Source: a virus
Strand: one strand, 5' to 3'
Length of the DNA: 64,000 nt
IMG/VR virus record: IMGVR_UViG_3300021429_002604
Coordinates: 32,001-96,000 of that record
Every line of letters starts with the position of its first letter. The first letter of the stretch is position 1. Both the position numbers and the translations under genes were made by a program. Positions 53,513 through 63,583 of this stretch are shown here, in pieces. Under the pieces are notes generated by a model. It had not been told where the DNA came from. It did no database searches and saw only the letters and a list, made by a program, of their open reading frames with translations.

Positions 53513-55318
53513 ATGGCAGATATTCAGATAGGTGTAAATCAGGGAGACACGGTTTATTATTTCGACCAAAGTGTTGGCTCCGTCGTTACCAGAAATTGGT
53601 TTTTCCCTGGAGGAACACCAACAGGGGGAACAGCATTCGGTCCTGCTATACAGTATAATAGCGTTAATTCATTCGGATATAATGCTTCGCTCCTAGTTAC
53701 TGATGCTGCCGGAATAACTGCAGCTGCTAGTAAATCCAATATTATTGTGGTTTCACCGGAGATTGCAAATCCATCAATTACGATAACACCATCCACCCTT
53801 TACATGGGACCAGTTGTAACTTACGGTGCTACTGGATCAACCGGAACTGGGTTTGTATCATATGTTTGGAATATACCTGGTATTGGTGCAACATCAGGCC
53901 CCACTCTTTCTAATGTGTATAAACAATATAATGATTGGTATGCTCTTGCTGGAACATATGCTGGATTACCAGGGGCTTCTTATGTTGCACCCGTCACGTT
54001 ATTGGTGACGACAGCAGTTGGTAACACGTTTAATGTTAGCACAACCGCTACATATTATAAATATGGACCCGTTGAGGAGGTTGATTATAATCAAGCAACT
54101 TATCCTTATGGGATTAGTGGTCCTTATTATGTGCCAACCGTTATCTCTGCAAATTCAGGAGGCATCGGTTTAGGAGGAAGCAGCGTGGTAATTAGTATAG
54201 ACCAGAGCATGGTTGCTGGCTGGGTTAATAGCTATTTTCATTCGACAACAGAAAACTGCTATTATTGGGCGAACACTGATGATCTCGATTACACTAACGG
54301 TACAGTTTTTGGACCTATCCAATTTAAAACAATATTTTCCGGCGCTGCTTTAACATTAGCAGGTGCCACCTACATTGCAAATCCAACAATAGATCTTGGT
54401 AATTATATCAATCCCGGAGGCGTGACGGGTTTGCTGAATAATATTTTTTATATAACTGATTATCCAGCTGGTGGAAAAATAACTGACGCTAAGACTGGCG
54501 GACGTCAATGGTCAAACAATGCTATACAAGCTTATCTTAGCAACACATATTATCTTTCTAACTCGTCCAAATTCATCGAGAACGGCGGAATAGGTAGTGG
54601 TAATTCACCTAATTATAATTTAGCAACTGTTGATGATAGTGTTAATTACGGAACCTATAATCTGAATGGCGGATACGGCGCTACTGCTCACGGACCTTGC
54701 GTACCTACTTCCACGTTTTTTCAAACCGTACATGGCATATCCGGTGTAACGGTTGATGTGTTAGTCCAAATCACTTGCGAAAACAATCCATCCGGATACC
54801 AGTACCCCGTTACATTATCATCCCCCGGAGGAACCGGTAATAGCCCAGATCTTAACTTGGTTAGTGTACAGAACAATTCCAGAGGTGATGGTATAGCAAC
54901 AATCTTAAACAAGGCAACGGATTTAATAGGCGGTCCTACCAAACTTACGGATTTTATTTTATTTGAAGCTTCCCCTTACTATGCACCATATGAGGGAGGT
55001 GGATTCACATTAAGTAAACAATATGATGCTGTCAACTTTAATGGCTTGAGAGTTTCTGTAATGAACCCTGAAGTTAACGGTACGGGTACTATTCTTGATG
55101 GGGATTATATAAAAACTATCACCCTTACATGGGGTTCAGATTGGAACTCCGCTATTGTCGGTAACGGTTTATTTGGACAAGATAGACCGCTGGCATCCGA
55201 TCCTGATCCAGCTTCACCGAGATGGATATCATGGCTTGGAATAAAGGAAACCATGTCGATACCGACTGACGCTCATGACTCGTATTTCAGAGGGTGGAAA
55301 ATCGGTGGATTAATATAA
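53513..55318 (+). CDS. Virion protein with N-terminal PKD/Ig-like domain(s)
   Basis: TVYYFDQSVGSVVTRNWFFPGGTP is a PKD signature; Gly/Thr/Asn/Tyr-rich. Confidence 0.7.
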   Translation: MADIQIGVNQGDTVYYFDQSVGSVVTRNWFFPGGTPTGGTAFGPAIQYNSVNSFGYNASLLVTDAAGITAAASKSNIIVVSPEIANPSITITPSTLYMGPVVTYGATGSTGTGFVSYVWNIPGIGATSGPTLSNVYKQYNDWYALAGTYAGLPGASYVAPVTLLVTTAVGNTFNVSTTATYYKYGPVEEVDYNQATYPYGISGPYYVPTVISANSGGIGLGGSSVVISIDQSMVAGWVNSYFHSTTENCYYWANTDDLDYTNGTVFGPIQFKTIFSGAALTLAGATYIANPTIDLGNYINPGGVTGLLNNIFYITDYPAGGKITDAKTGGRQWSNNAIQAYLSNTYYLSNSSKFIENGGIGSGNSPNYNLATVDDSVNYGTYNLNGGYGATAHGPCVPTSTFFQTVHGISGVTVDVLVQITCENNPSGYQYPVTLSSPGGTGNSPDLNLVSVQNNSRGDGIATILNKATDLIGGPTKLTDFILFEASPYYAPYEGGGFTLSKQYDAVNFNGLRVSVMNPEVNGTGTILDGDYIKTITLTWGSDWNSAIVGNGLFGQDRPLASDPDPASPRWISWLGIKETMSIPTDAHDSYFRGWKIGGLI

Positions 55319-55341
55319 AACAAGTAAATTAAAAGATATAA

Positions 55342-58300
55342 ATGGCAGGCTACAATATAATAATGAATCAAATAGATCTGGATCACGAATTCTATGTTTG
55401 GGGTTCTGGACAAGATTTAAGAAGATTCAACGGAAGCGGTTGGGATTATTATAACTACCAGAATTCTGCTGTTCCCAGCGGTGCACCATACTTTCTAGAT
55501 ACCAGATGTATCTCAATGAGTCCCGACGATAAAGTTTGGGTTGGATGCGCACAAGGACCTACTGCAGGTCTAAATGAAAATGCTGTTTTTTATATTGATA
55601 CTGATGATGTCTCTGTCGGAAAAAAATGGGCTTTCTCCAATCTGGGGACTTTCAATGTTCCGCAGGAGATTTCCCATATTTACGCTTGTCCATTTGGGGA
55701 TGATATACTAGCTTTTGCCACTCCATTAAATGGATTTGGTGGAACCGGTGCAAGCGGATCTTATACGGAGTTTAAGGGTGTAACTGGGGGAAGGTTATTC
55801 TATTATATAATTGAAACAGATCAGTGGAAAGAAACAGTTCCAGGATACAACTGGTCTCACATCTACGATATTAAAGCAAAAGGTTACGGTGGTAAGGATT
55901 ACATATATTACGTCGGAACTACAGAAGGATTATTTGCTATCCCTCAGGGTACACTGGAATACACTGAACTTCTGAATGGTGATAAAATTATCAAACAAGC
56001 TCAGGTTTATAACACCAAAACAAGCGGAATTATATCGGATTATATTTTCTCATTGGATCTTGATGAAAATGGTAATCTATGGATAGGTACCGATTTGGGA
56101 CTTTCTTTCTTTGATGGCACACAATTTTGGAACTACCCTGTTTCTGCTGGCCCAGTTACTAAAATTAAATCGAGGCCAAATGGACATGTTTTCTATGCTG
56201 CTGGTGACGGGGAGATTAATCAGGGAACAGGTCTTTGGCACTTTAATGGGGTTAGCCACACACAATACACATCATCAAATTCCAATCTAAACAACAATAA
56301 CGTATTGGATATAAAATTAGTTGATCACAACATCTCACAGAACGATCTTATTGTTTATGAGAATGGTCTATGGGTTTTATGCTATAATGATCTTGTTTCA
56401 TTTAACTACGATCAGCCACACGTCTACGGGTCTTCTAAATATGCAGGTGCTACCGGATGGAATTTCACATACTTTACCGGTACGGGAGCTAGTGCTGCAC
56501 CGCTACCTAAAGTGGATAAATACACATGGGAGTATCCCGAATGGAGGGTTTATGAGGACGATTACCTGCAGTATAAATTTCCGGGACTTGACCCGAGAAA
56601 TCTTTTCTTAACCACTAAGCTTTCCGATATTGCAAGCGGTGAAGCTGGTAAGCAACCATACTGGGATAATTGGCCAATACCTTCGTACGAAGAGGAAGTC
56701 TTAGTAGAATCTATTTCTGATTATAATTGGGCAGAAAAAATACAGATCACGCAAACCGATGTCCAGGGTGCAACCGGTGAAATCTATATCACTTCAACAG
56801 CGAGCATAAAAACATCAAACGGAGCCAAATATTATGTTGGTGGTTATCTGACAGGAAACACTTCGGCTAATTTCGGTTATTATAACAATTCTGATCCTGC
56901 AATATTGAATAATGAAAATCCAACATTGGGTGGTAAAAACAGTAGCTACGTTGCACAGACTGCTTCCACCGATATAGGATCGATGGGATTTATAGCTTGC
57001 TATAATTCCGCGGGACTTGTTGATAGCTTGCTACCTTTTAGGGGATATTGGACAAGAATAGATGACATGGTTCCCTCACCAGACGGAGTGGAGGTTATTG
57101 CAACCGGGCAATTTAAAAGATTCATCGAGAATGGAGATTATGTATGGGATTCGATCGAGCTCATGAATAACTTCTTTGAAAATGGACCAACGGGTGCACC
57201 GATCGGAGCAACTAATCAGAACATAGTGGGATTAACATCGGGATCATATACATGGATATATGGTTCAACTGGTGATTTCGTGAGTGATATTTGGCTTTAT
57301 AACACCACAAATCCTCCACCAACACAATCATTCTACTTAGCAACCTCTGATTCTCCAGGTACATATGAGAATCTGACATCTTTTTATGTAAACTACACCT
57401 CCGGAACAGCAACCGATCAAACAACAAATTTAAGAAAGTTTGTAACCGGAAACACAATAAGATTAAACTGGTATTCGCCTTTGCTTTCACCTGAAGCATA
57501 CTACAGGATCGACAGAATTTCAAACGTAACCGGAGGATTGAGATACGATGTTACCTACATGACGGGTTCAACCGGACCTATTGGAAACACTTCAGGTAAC
57601 GTTTTTACATTGCGTGGTTATGATTATTCTACGAACACATATCCGATTGTAAGAAATCTTCAGGGAATTACTAGTAAATTAAATGCATGGGAAGCTGGTG
57701 TAAATAAAAATGTTGAATCTGTTGGATTATTTGTAACTAAAATATCGGGAGATCTTGGTAGTGTAGCATCGCTTGCCCCGCTTTCGAATTTCTCGGAGTC
57801 TTTAGATGCTAGAAAATATTTCAGGGTTACTGGATTTAGGCATTTTCCAAGAGCATCCGTTTTCAATAATACTGACAATAGTAACACCATAAAATTAGAT
57901 GTTACCAGGTACTCTATAAATTTAGCTATAGATAATGCTAACGCATGGAATATATTAGCCGGAAGCTCAGAGGGAGGATTTGCTACATTAAAGAATCTTT
58001 GGAATAGAACAAATGATGGATTTCTAACATCTGATTACATTCTCCAGAGTGATAGGAATGTGGTTTACTCATTCAACGAGGATTCAGTTCTATCCTATGT
58101 TAGATTATCAGCGGACGACCTTTCACTATTAACAACAGTAACATCGGAGAGTCTTGACTTCACAAGTGGTGTACCTAAATATAATGCTGGAGTAATCGGT
58201 TCTGTTAAATCTCTAAGAGGTGATAACACGACTCTAATTACTGGATATATTAAAGAATCTTTTACAATCGGAGGTATACAGATTTCAGCAACCGGTTCTA

Positions 58301-59436
58301 ATAAGCCATATTATTTAATAATCAATAAAAATGGTGCAGGAGTAACTGGAGCACTTATCGGTGATGCTTATGCTGGGGGTACACTAAATTTACCTGCTGC
58401 TGATAAAGATGATTCTACGTATTATGTTACCACCATATTTGGAGGCTCCGGGACATATTTCGGTAACAATTTTATTGCAGGTTCAACAGGAACAACATAT
58501 TTGTTAACATCTAATATAACGGAACAAGCAGTTTCAAAATCTATGTTCTCGGTTGATATTGATTATGCGACACAGGCTCAGGTCACTCTAAATTCAGGAG
58601 GTCCGATCGGGGATGATCAATATTATATGGTATATGGTATCTCGATTGGTGCTACAGGTGTCAGTGGAACAAATATCCTAAAAACTAATCGAAGCGGTAA
58701 AATACTTGATTCTGTTAATTTGTATGGTTATCCCTATACTGCAACAACGGATGCTTTCTCTATAAACAGAGATGCTGACGGAAATTTATTTATGAGCGGT
58801 GTTAATAAAATTGGATCTACTGGTGGAGGTTACTACGCAGCAGACCCAGAATCAGGATTCACTCTCCTTACTAAGCAATATGTACCTGAACTTGGAATCA
58901 ACCTAGGTAACATAATATCCAGACCTGGATCGGGAGCTTGGACGTGGTGCGATGTACATTCAACGGATAAAGGAATGCAAATACCTCTTTTATCAACGGT
59001 GGTCTTTAATAATTACGCTTCTAACATTTACGGGAAACAGAACAATAAATGGATATTGAGCGATTCTGTAACTGGAGCTGAAATTTTGAATGTTAAATCA
59101 ACTCCTTATTTTATATACACATTTACAACTTCGGGAAATTATACGATCTACAACAGCGTGGAGGATTCATTTGGTAATGTTTATGCAACAACAAGACCTG
59201 GATATATCGAGGTGATTGATCATAAGGTTAAAAGACCTGATGATAGGAATCCTGATGCAGTTGATTCATTTGACTATGGACAGCCAGAGCCTTTCTATGG
59301 AAGAGATTATCAAGCTCAAAAACTTGATAAGGATCTGATGATAGAACAGCAGAGGATATTTAAATCGGGAGTACCCCCATTCGGAACTCAAGTTATTATA
59401 CCGGGAAATCCTGATGCTACTTTTAGATCCGAATAG
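55342..59436 (+). CDS. Large tail-associated protein: Reg_prop-type beta-propeller plus C-terminal PKD-like domain
   Basis: IISDYIFSLDLDENGNLWIGTDLGLSFFDG, SNLNNNNVLDI and YTFTTSGNYTI; 1364 aa. Confidence 0.65.
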   Translation: MAGYNIIMNQIDLDHEFYVWGSGQDLRRFNGSGWDYYNYQNSAVPSGAPYFLDTRCISMSPDDKVWVGCAQGPTAGLNENAVFYIDTDDVSVGKKWAFSNLGTFNVPQEISHIYACPFGDDILAFATPLNGFGGTGASGSYTEFKGVTGGRLFYYIIETDQWKETVPGYNWSHIYDIKAKGYGGKDYIYYVGTTEGLFAIPQGTLEYTELLNGDKIIKQAQVYNTKTSGIISDYIFSLDLDENGNLWIGTDLGLSFFDGTQFWNYPVSAGPVTKIKSRPNGHVFYAAGDGEINQGTGLWHFNGVSHTQYTSSNSNLNNNNVLDIKLVDHNISQNDLIVYENGLWVLCYNDLVSFNYDQPHVYGSSKYAGATGWNFTYFTGTGASAAPLPKVDKYTWEYPEWRVYEDDYLQYKFPGLDPRNLFLTTKLSDIASGEAGKQPYWDNWPIPSYEEEVLVESISDYNWAEKIQITQTDVQGATGEIYITSTASIKTSNGAKYYVGGYLTGNTSANFGYYNNSDPAILNNENPTLGGKNSSYVAQTASTDIGSMGFIACYNSAGLVDSLLPFRGYWTRIDDMVPSPDGVEVIATGQFKRFIENGDYVWDSIELMNNFFENGPTGAPIGATNQNIVGLTSGSYTWIYGSTGDFVSDIWLYNTTNPPPTQSFYLATSDSPGTYENLTSFYVNYTSGTATDQTTNLRKFVTGNTIRLNWYSPLLSPEAYYRIDRISNVTGGLRYDVTYMTGSTGPIGNTSGNVFTLRGYDYSTNTYPIVRNLQGITSKLNAWEAGVNKNVESVGLFVTKISGDLGSVASLAPLSNFSESLDARKYFRVTGFRHFPRASVFNNTDNSNTIKLDVTRYSINLAIDNANAWNILAGSSEGGFATLKNLWNRTNDGFLTSDYILQSDRNVVYSFNEDSVLSYVRLSADDLSLLTTVTSESLDFTSGVPKYNAGVIGSVKSLRGDNTTLITGYIKESFTIGGIQISATGSNKPYYLIINKNGAGVTGALIGDAYAGGTLNLPAADKDDSTYYVTTIFGGSGTYFGNNFIAGSTGTTYLLTSNITEQAVSKSMFSVDIDYATQAQVTLNSGGPIGDDQYYMVYGISIGATGVSGTNILKTNRSGKILDSVNLYGYPYTATTDAFSINRDADGNLFMSGVNKIGSTGGGYYAADPESGFTLLTKQYVPELGINLGNIISRPGSGAWTWCDVHSTDKGMQIPLLSTVVFNNYASNIYGKQNNKWILSDSVTGAEILNVKSTPYFIYTFTTSGNYTIYNSVEDSFGNVYATTRPGYIEVIDHKVKRPDDRNPDAVDSFDYGQPEPFYGRDYQAQKLDKDLMIEQQRIFKSGVPPFGTQVIIPGNPDATFRSE

Positions 59437-59450
59437 GGATAATATTTAAA

Positions 59451-60203
59451 TTACTTAGAGTTTTTTTCTTCCCATTCATCGAAGGTTTCTTCGATGATTT
59501 TCACGATGGGATCTCTGACTATATCACCAACAGAAAAACTCATTGTTCCAATATCCTCCTTATTCTCGAAGAGTCTAACAACAAGATCTAGTGATGATAG
59601 CTTTGAGTTTTTCATATCAACCTGTTTGGTGTCTCCCGTGATTATCATTTTAGTATCGGTTCCTATACGGGTCATCGTGGACCTCATGTTTTTCTGAGTT
59701 ATGTTTTGAGCCTCGTCCACTATGATAATTGCATTATCTATTGAACGTCCTCTGATGTATGCTAAAGGCAGAACCTCGATATATCCCTGATCTAACATGA
59801 TTTGGGTTAGACCCTCCCCTATTATTTTGTGGAAATTATCAAGGAAAGAGATGGTAAATGGAAACATTTTCTCTTTAAGATCCCCTTTAAGAAATCCAAC
59901 TTCCTCACCCTCCAGTACAGTTACACTTTTAACAAGGAGAATTTTCTTAAATCTAGAATCCGTTTTTAGAAGCTTTAATGCCTGTGCACATGCTAGATAG
60001 GTTTTTCCTGTTCCTGCAGGGCCCGACGCAATTGTGATCTTATTTTCATTTATTAGAGTGATCAGTTTTTTCTGATTCTCATTCTTGTATTTGTAATCTA
60101 TTCTCAGCTTTTGTAGGTCAAATCCAGAGTGATTTGGAACGTACCCGGGCGGGAATGTTTCATAAAACTCTTCTTCAGTAATTCTCTTCTTTCTGTTTGC
60201 CAT
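59451..60203 (-). CDS. phoH: PhoH family ATPase
   Basis: GPAGTGKT, RGRSIDNAIIIVDEAQN and GDTKQVD. Confidence 0.95.
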   Translation of the reverse strand: MANRKKRITEEEFYETFPPGYVPNHSGFDLQKLRIDYKYKNENQKKLITLINENKITIASGPAGTGKTYLACAQALKLLKTDSRFKKILLVKSVTVLEGEEVGFLKGDLKEKMFPFTISFLDNFHKIIGEGLTQIMLDQGYIEVLPLAYIRGRSIDNAIIIVDEAQNITQKNMRSTMTRIGTDTKMIITGDTKQVDMKNSKLSSLDLVVRLFENKEDIGTMSFSVGDIVRDPIVKIIEETFDEWEEKNSK

Positions 60204-60399
60204 TGATATTATTTTTTTTGTAGAGTCACAGATCTGTTACAATCCGGATGATTTTTGATGCTATTAAATAAATTATAGGTATTTTTTGCTATTTGACGGG
60301 AATAAACCACGGAGTTTGCAGTTAAAGATATATCCTTAAAGGCTTTTTTAGAGAGTTTGGTTTTTTGTCCTAGCATATTTAAGTGTTGTCTGCGACAGT

Positions 60400-60407
60400 G
60401 ATATATA
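60400..60407 (+). promoter_or_regulatory. GATATATA putative late promoter
   Basis: In the divergent intergenic region, 30 nt before ORF 60438. Confidence 0.6.
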
Positions 60408-60437
60408 TTTCGCTCTAAAAAACAAATAAAAAAGAAA

Positions 60438-61343
60438 ATGGCAACTGTAAACATTAATGAAATCTTAGGATCCGATTCAATATCAGGATCAAGGGTAACC
60501 ATAAACTCCAACTTTCTGACCTTACAGAACTGGATCAATGGTTACGTAAACGTATTTGGAATCGATACTATAAATGGTATCCTTGACCTTTCTGGAGCAT
60601 CGACAGGAAGGGTGCAAGCAAAAATTGGAAGGTTTGATTCACTTTCCCTTCCCTCGGTAGGAACAGCATTGGCTTCGGTTAGTTCTGCTGGTGCCGCTGC
60701 ATTTGTCGATGTGCAAACAACAACATTCACTGCATCTGGAGCGATTGTAGCAACGTCTACAGTTACTTTGAGTTCGCTATCTACATTCACTGCGAATGGT
60801 ACTTCAACTTTCAACGGAAGCTTAAGTGCAAATGCAGCTTTGTATCTAGGAACGCAGGGGCATGTTATAAGTCAAAATACCACTTATAAAACAGGTGCAA
60901 CCGCAGGAACTGCTTTCCCTGATAATACCGTTGGCGGTGGCGGACGTTATTCTTCGGTTAACTCACCTTATGCCGTTACTGGTTTAGAAGACGTGATCTA
61001 TGCAGAATGCGGTCCCACAGGTTTTTATATTAAGGTCGTAGACGGAACTTCACCAGTTGGTGGAACTCTTCCTTCAATCCCTCAGGGTACTAGAATTACT
61101 GTGGTAAACACATCATCTGCAACAGGCTATATTCACACCGGAGTTACCGGATCAACATCCTACTATACTGGATTTAATACCGCATCAACATACGGCGGAT
61201 TCGATACGGGAGGTTTAGTTGTAAGTGGAAGTAAGGCATACAGATCTTCAGTTACTCTACAATGGGAACCTAGAGTTGGACAGGGACAAGCAACGCAAAA
61301 CGGTTCTTGGATAGTACTAGGAGCTACTAACATCACGGTATAA
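60438..61343 (+). CDS. Putative virion/tail structural protein
   Basis: Gly/Ser/Thr-rich, beta-propensity sequence; N-terminal DSISGSRVTINSNF; late motif upstream. Confidence 0.6.
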   Translation: MATVNINEILGSDSISGSRVTINSNFLTLQNWINGYVNVFGIDTINGILDLSGASTGRVQAKIGRFDSLSLPSVGTALASVSSAGAAAFVDVQTTTFTASGAIVATSTVTLSSLSTFTANGTSTFNGSLSANAALYLGTQGHVISQNTTYKTGATAGTAFPDNTVGGGGRYSSVNSPYAVTGLEDVIYAECGPTGFYIKVVDGTSPVGGTLPSIPQGTRITVVNTSSATGYIHTGVTGSTSYYTGFNTASTYGGFDTGGLVVSGSKAYRSSVTLQWEPRVGQGQATQNGSWIVLGATNITV

Positions 61344-61363
61344 TAAAATAATAATAGGAATCA

Positions 61364-63562
61364 ATGGCAAAGACACCATTTATAAGACCTTTACAAGTTC
61401 AGGGGGGTACATTTTATACCTTCAGTTCTTCCGCTGAAGATCTTTCTTTTACGTTCAATAACTCCGTTAATAAATTCAGGTTTTCTAAATTTGCTCTTTT
61501 AAATATTCCGGATATTGATAACAGTTCAAACTCTGGAACAAATTATATTAGACTGAATGGACCTGATAGCGCATTTCTTGATTGGGCTAACAGCACTGGG
61601 TTAATTATAACCGGGGACGGAAACATTGATTTCTCACAAAGTTTTCAAAGCTATTGTTTGAATCTCGAATCAACAATAACTGGTACTGATGAGTACGATT
61701 CTACATTAAAACAAAATGTATCGGAGAGGATTTTCTTTAAGTGGTTAAGAGAAATCGGAGCCATTAGATTTAGAGCAGCAGATTCAACTGAGGTGGTTGC
61801 CACATTGGATCAGAACACGGTAACTACTGTCGATGGACTACCAGTTACACAAAAAAGATATGTTGAGGGTGACGCAGCATCAGGAACAACCGGAGCTTAT
61901 GGATTAACTGGAGCTGTTTACAATAATGTTATACAGTACATAGGAAATCTTGACATAGTGAATTCGGTAAAGAATTCAACTAATACATACTCCGAAGTTT
62001 ATGTTTATGTACCAACGAAAGATGGTAACACCCCGACAGTTCTTTTAAAGAATGTGGTTGATAAAAACTACTATCCAGATTATCAATGGAGCAATGATCC
62101 ATCAAACCCACTGAATGACGAGTACCTTTTCGGAAGAAATTATGACGAGGCAAATCCTAGCGGATTAACAACATTAGCTATTTTCGATGATGATGTGTTA
62201 GGATCTCCGGCTTCCAGCTATATTGACACTGGAGTAACTGCTTCTTCTGTTGCAGGAAGTTGGTATTCACCAAGAGACACTGCAAACACATACTTTACTG
62301 ATTCATCATTCGTCGATCCTTCTAACTACATCCTTACTAAGACGGATAATTCTAACAGTTTGACCTACGTAAGGAGTAAGCTAGATTCGATTGGTATTGA
62401 TTTCAACCCGAACTCTTATCAGGAGATCATCTCAAATCCTAATATATCAACAATAGAGGAGTTTAATTCCACCGCAGACGCCTCAGATTTTGAGTTTAAC
62501 GCAGTATTAATCTATTATGATGTGTATGATCCTGCTATACCTACAAATGTAGCTACGAACTTGTATGGAGTGTTATTCTTAGACGATGTAAATTCTGCTA
62601 GCGGTGACATCTTTATTCCTAGATTACAGAAACATAGACCTAATCCTGTTACCAAATTAAATGGTAATTCGTATGGATTCAAGATAAATCTGAAGTTTGA
62701 TACTGACGTGGATCAAACTGGTGTGGAGCAAGCAATAAATGACTACTCTCCATTTTCTTTATCTATGTTTATGGATGCTATGAACGTCCTACAGGATGCT
62801 TCATCAACACTAAATAATGCAAGTGTTGACTTTATAAATTTAAGTAATAGAGTTACAAACATAGAAAACATTACTCTATCTTCGCAGACAACGGCAAATC
62901 TAGAAAGAAGAATTGGTGGACTTGAACAATCATTTGCTGCTAATCAGGCTTTGTTTAATAACACACATTCAATAATGGATCTTATTAATCAGAATTATGA
63001 TTTAGTGAGAGCTATTATAAACAATCAGACAAGCGTTGAAGTTTCATATAATCTTGATCTTTTTAAACAGGGGTCAGGAATCATATTAGATAGATCTACC
63101 CCTAACGAGGTAACCGTTAATAATGTAACACAAGATTTTAATATAGGTGCGAATTTAGGTAAGGGAACGCTCACACAAAACGGATCTAACGAGATCACGT
63201 TGCTTAATTTCTCGAATTACTTTAAACATGTTAATAACGGAAATCCTCTAACATTAACTGGGGATTTAACCATAAGCATAAAGGATAATCCAATAAACTG
63301 GAAAAACGGGCAAAGGTTTAGATTGTCTTTTGGAGACATTATTTACCCCGGTAATTATTTCATAAACATATTAACCAATTCTCAGGGTAAATATCCGCTA
63401 TCAAATCCTAGTAACATTAGTTATTCGACTAATATAGTGACTCTCGATGATGATATCTTTGCATCGCAGGATTATAAACCAGTAATAGATATAGTTTGTA
63501 TAGACTCTGAGAATCTAAAATTCCAGGTTGATATGATAGGAAAAAGCTTAACCAACAACTAA
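61364..63562 (+). CDS. Putative virion structural protein
   Basis: 732 aa with a helical segment (FINLSNRVTNIE...LERRIGGLEQ) and a beta-rich C-terminus. Confidence 0.6.
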   Translation: MAKTPFIRPLQVQGGTFYTFSSSAEDLSFTFNNSVNKFRFSKFALLNIPDIDNSSNSGTNYIRLNGPDSAFLDWANSTGLIITGDGNIDFSQSFQSYCLNLESTITGTDEYDSTLKQNVSERIFFKWLREIGAIRFRAADSTEVVATLDQNTVTTVDGLPVTQKRYVEGDAASGTTGAYGLTGAVYNNVIQYIGNLDIVNSVKNSTNTYSEVYVYVPTKDGNTPTVLLKNVVDKNYYPDYQWSNDPSNPLNDEYLFGRNYDEANPSGLTTLAIFDDDVLGSPASSYIDTGVTASSVAGSWYSPRDTANTYFTDSSFVDPSNYILTKTDNSNSLTYVRSKLDSIGIDFNPNSYQEIISNPNISTIEEFNSTADASDFEFNAVLIYYDVYDPAIPTNVATNLYGVLFLDDVNSASGDIFIPRLQKHRPNPVTKLNGNSYGFKINLKFDTDVDQTGVEQAINDYSPFSLSMFMDAMNVLQDASSTLNNASVDFINLSNRVTNIENITLSSQTTANLERRIGGLEQSFAANQALFNNTHSIMDLINQNYDLVRAIINNQTSVEVSYNLDLFKQGSGIILDRSTPNEVTVNNVTQDFNIGANLGKGTLTQNGSNEITLLNFSNYFKHVNNGNPLTLTGDLTISIKDNPINWKNGQRFRLSFGDIIYPGNYFINILTNSQGKYPLSNPSNISYSTNIVTLDDDIFASQDYKPVIDIVCIDSENLKFQVDMIGKSLTNN

Positions 63563-63583
63563 TAAAATAAATAACCAAAGGAA

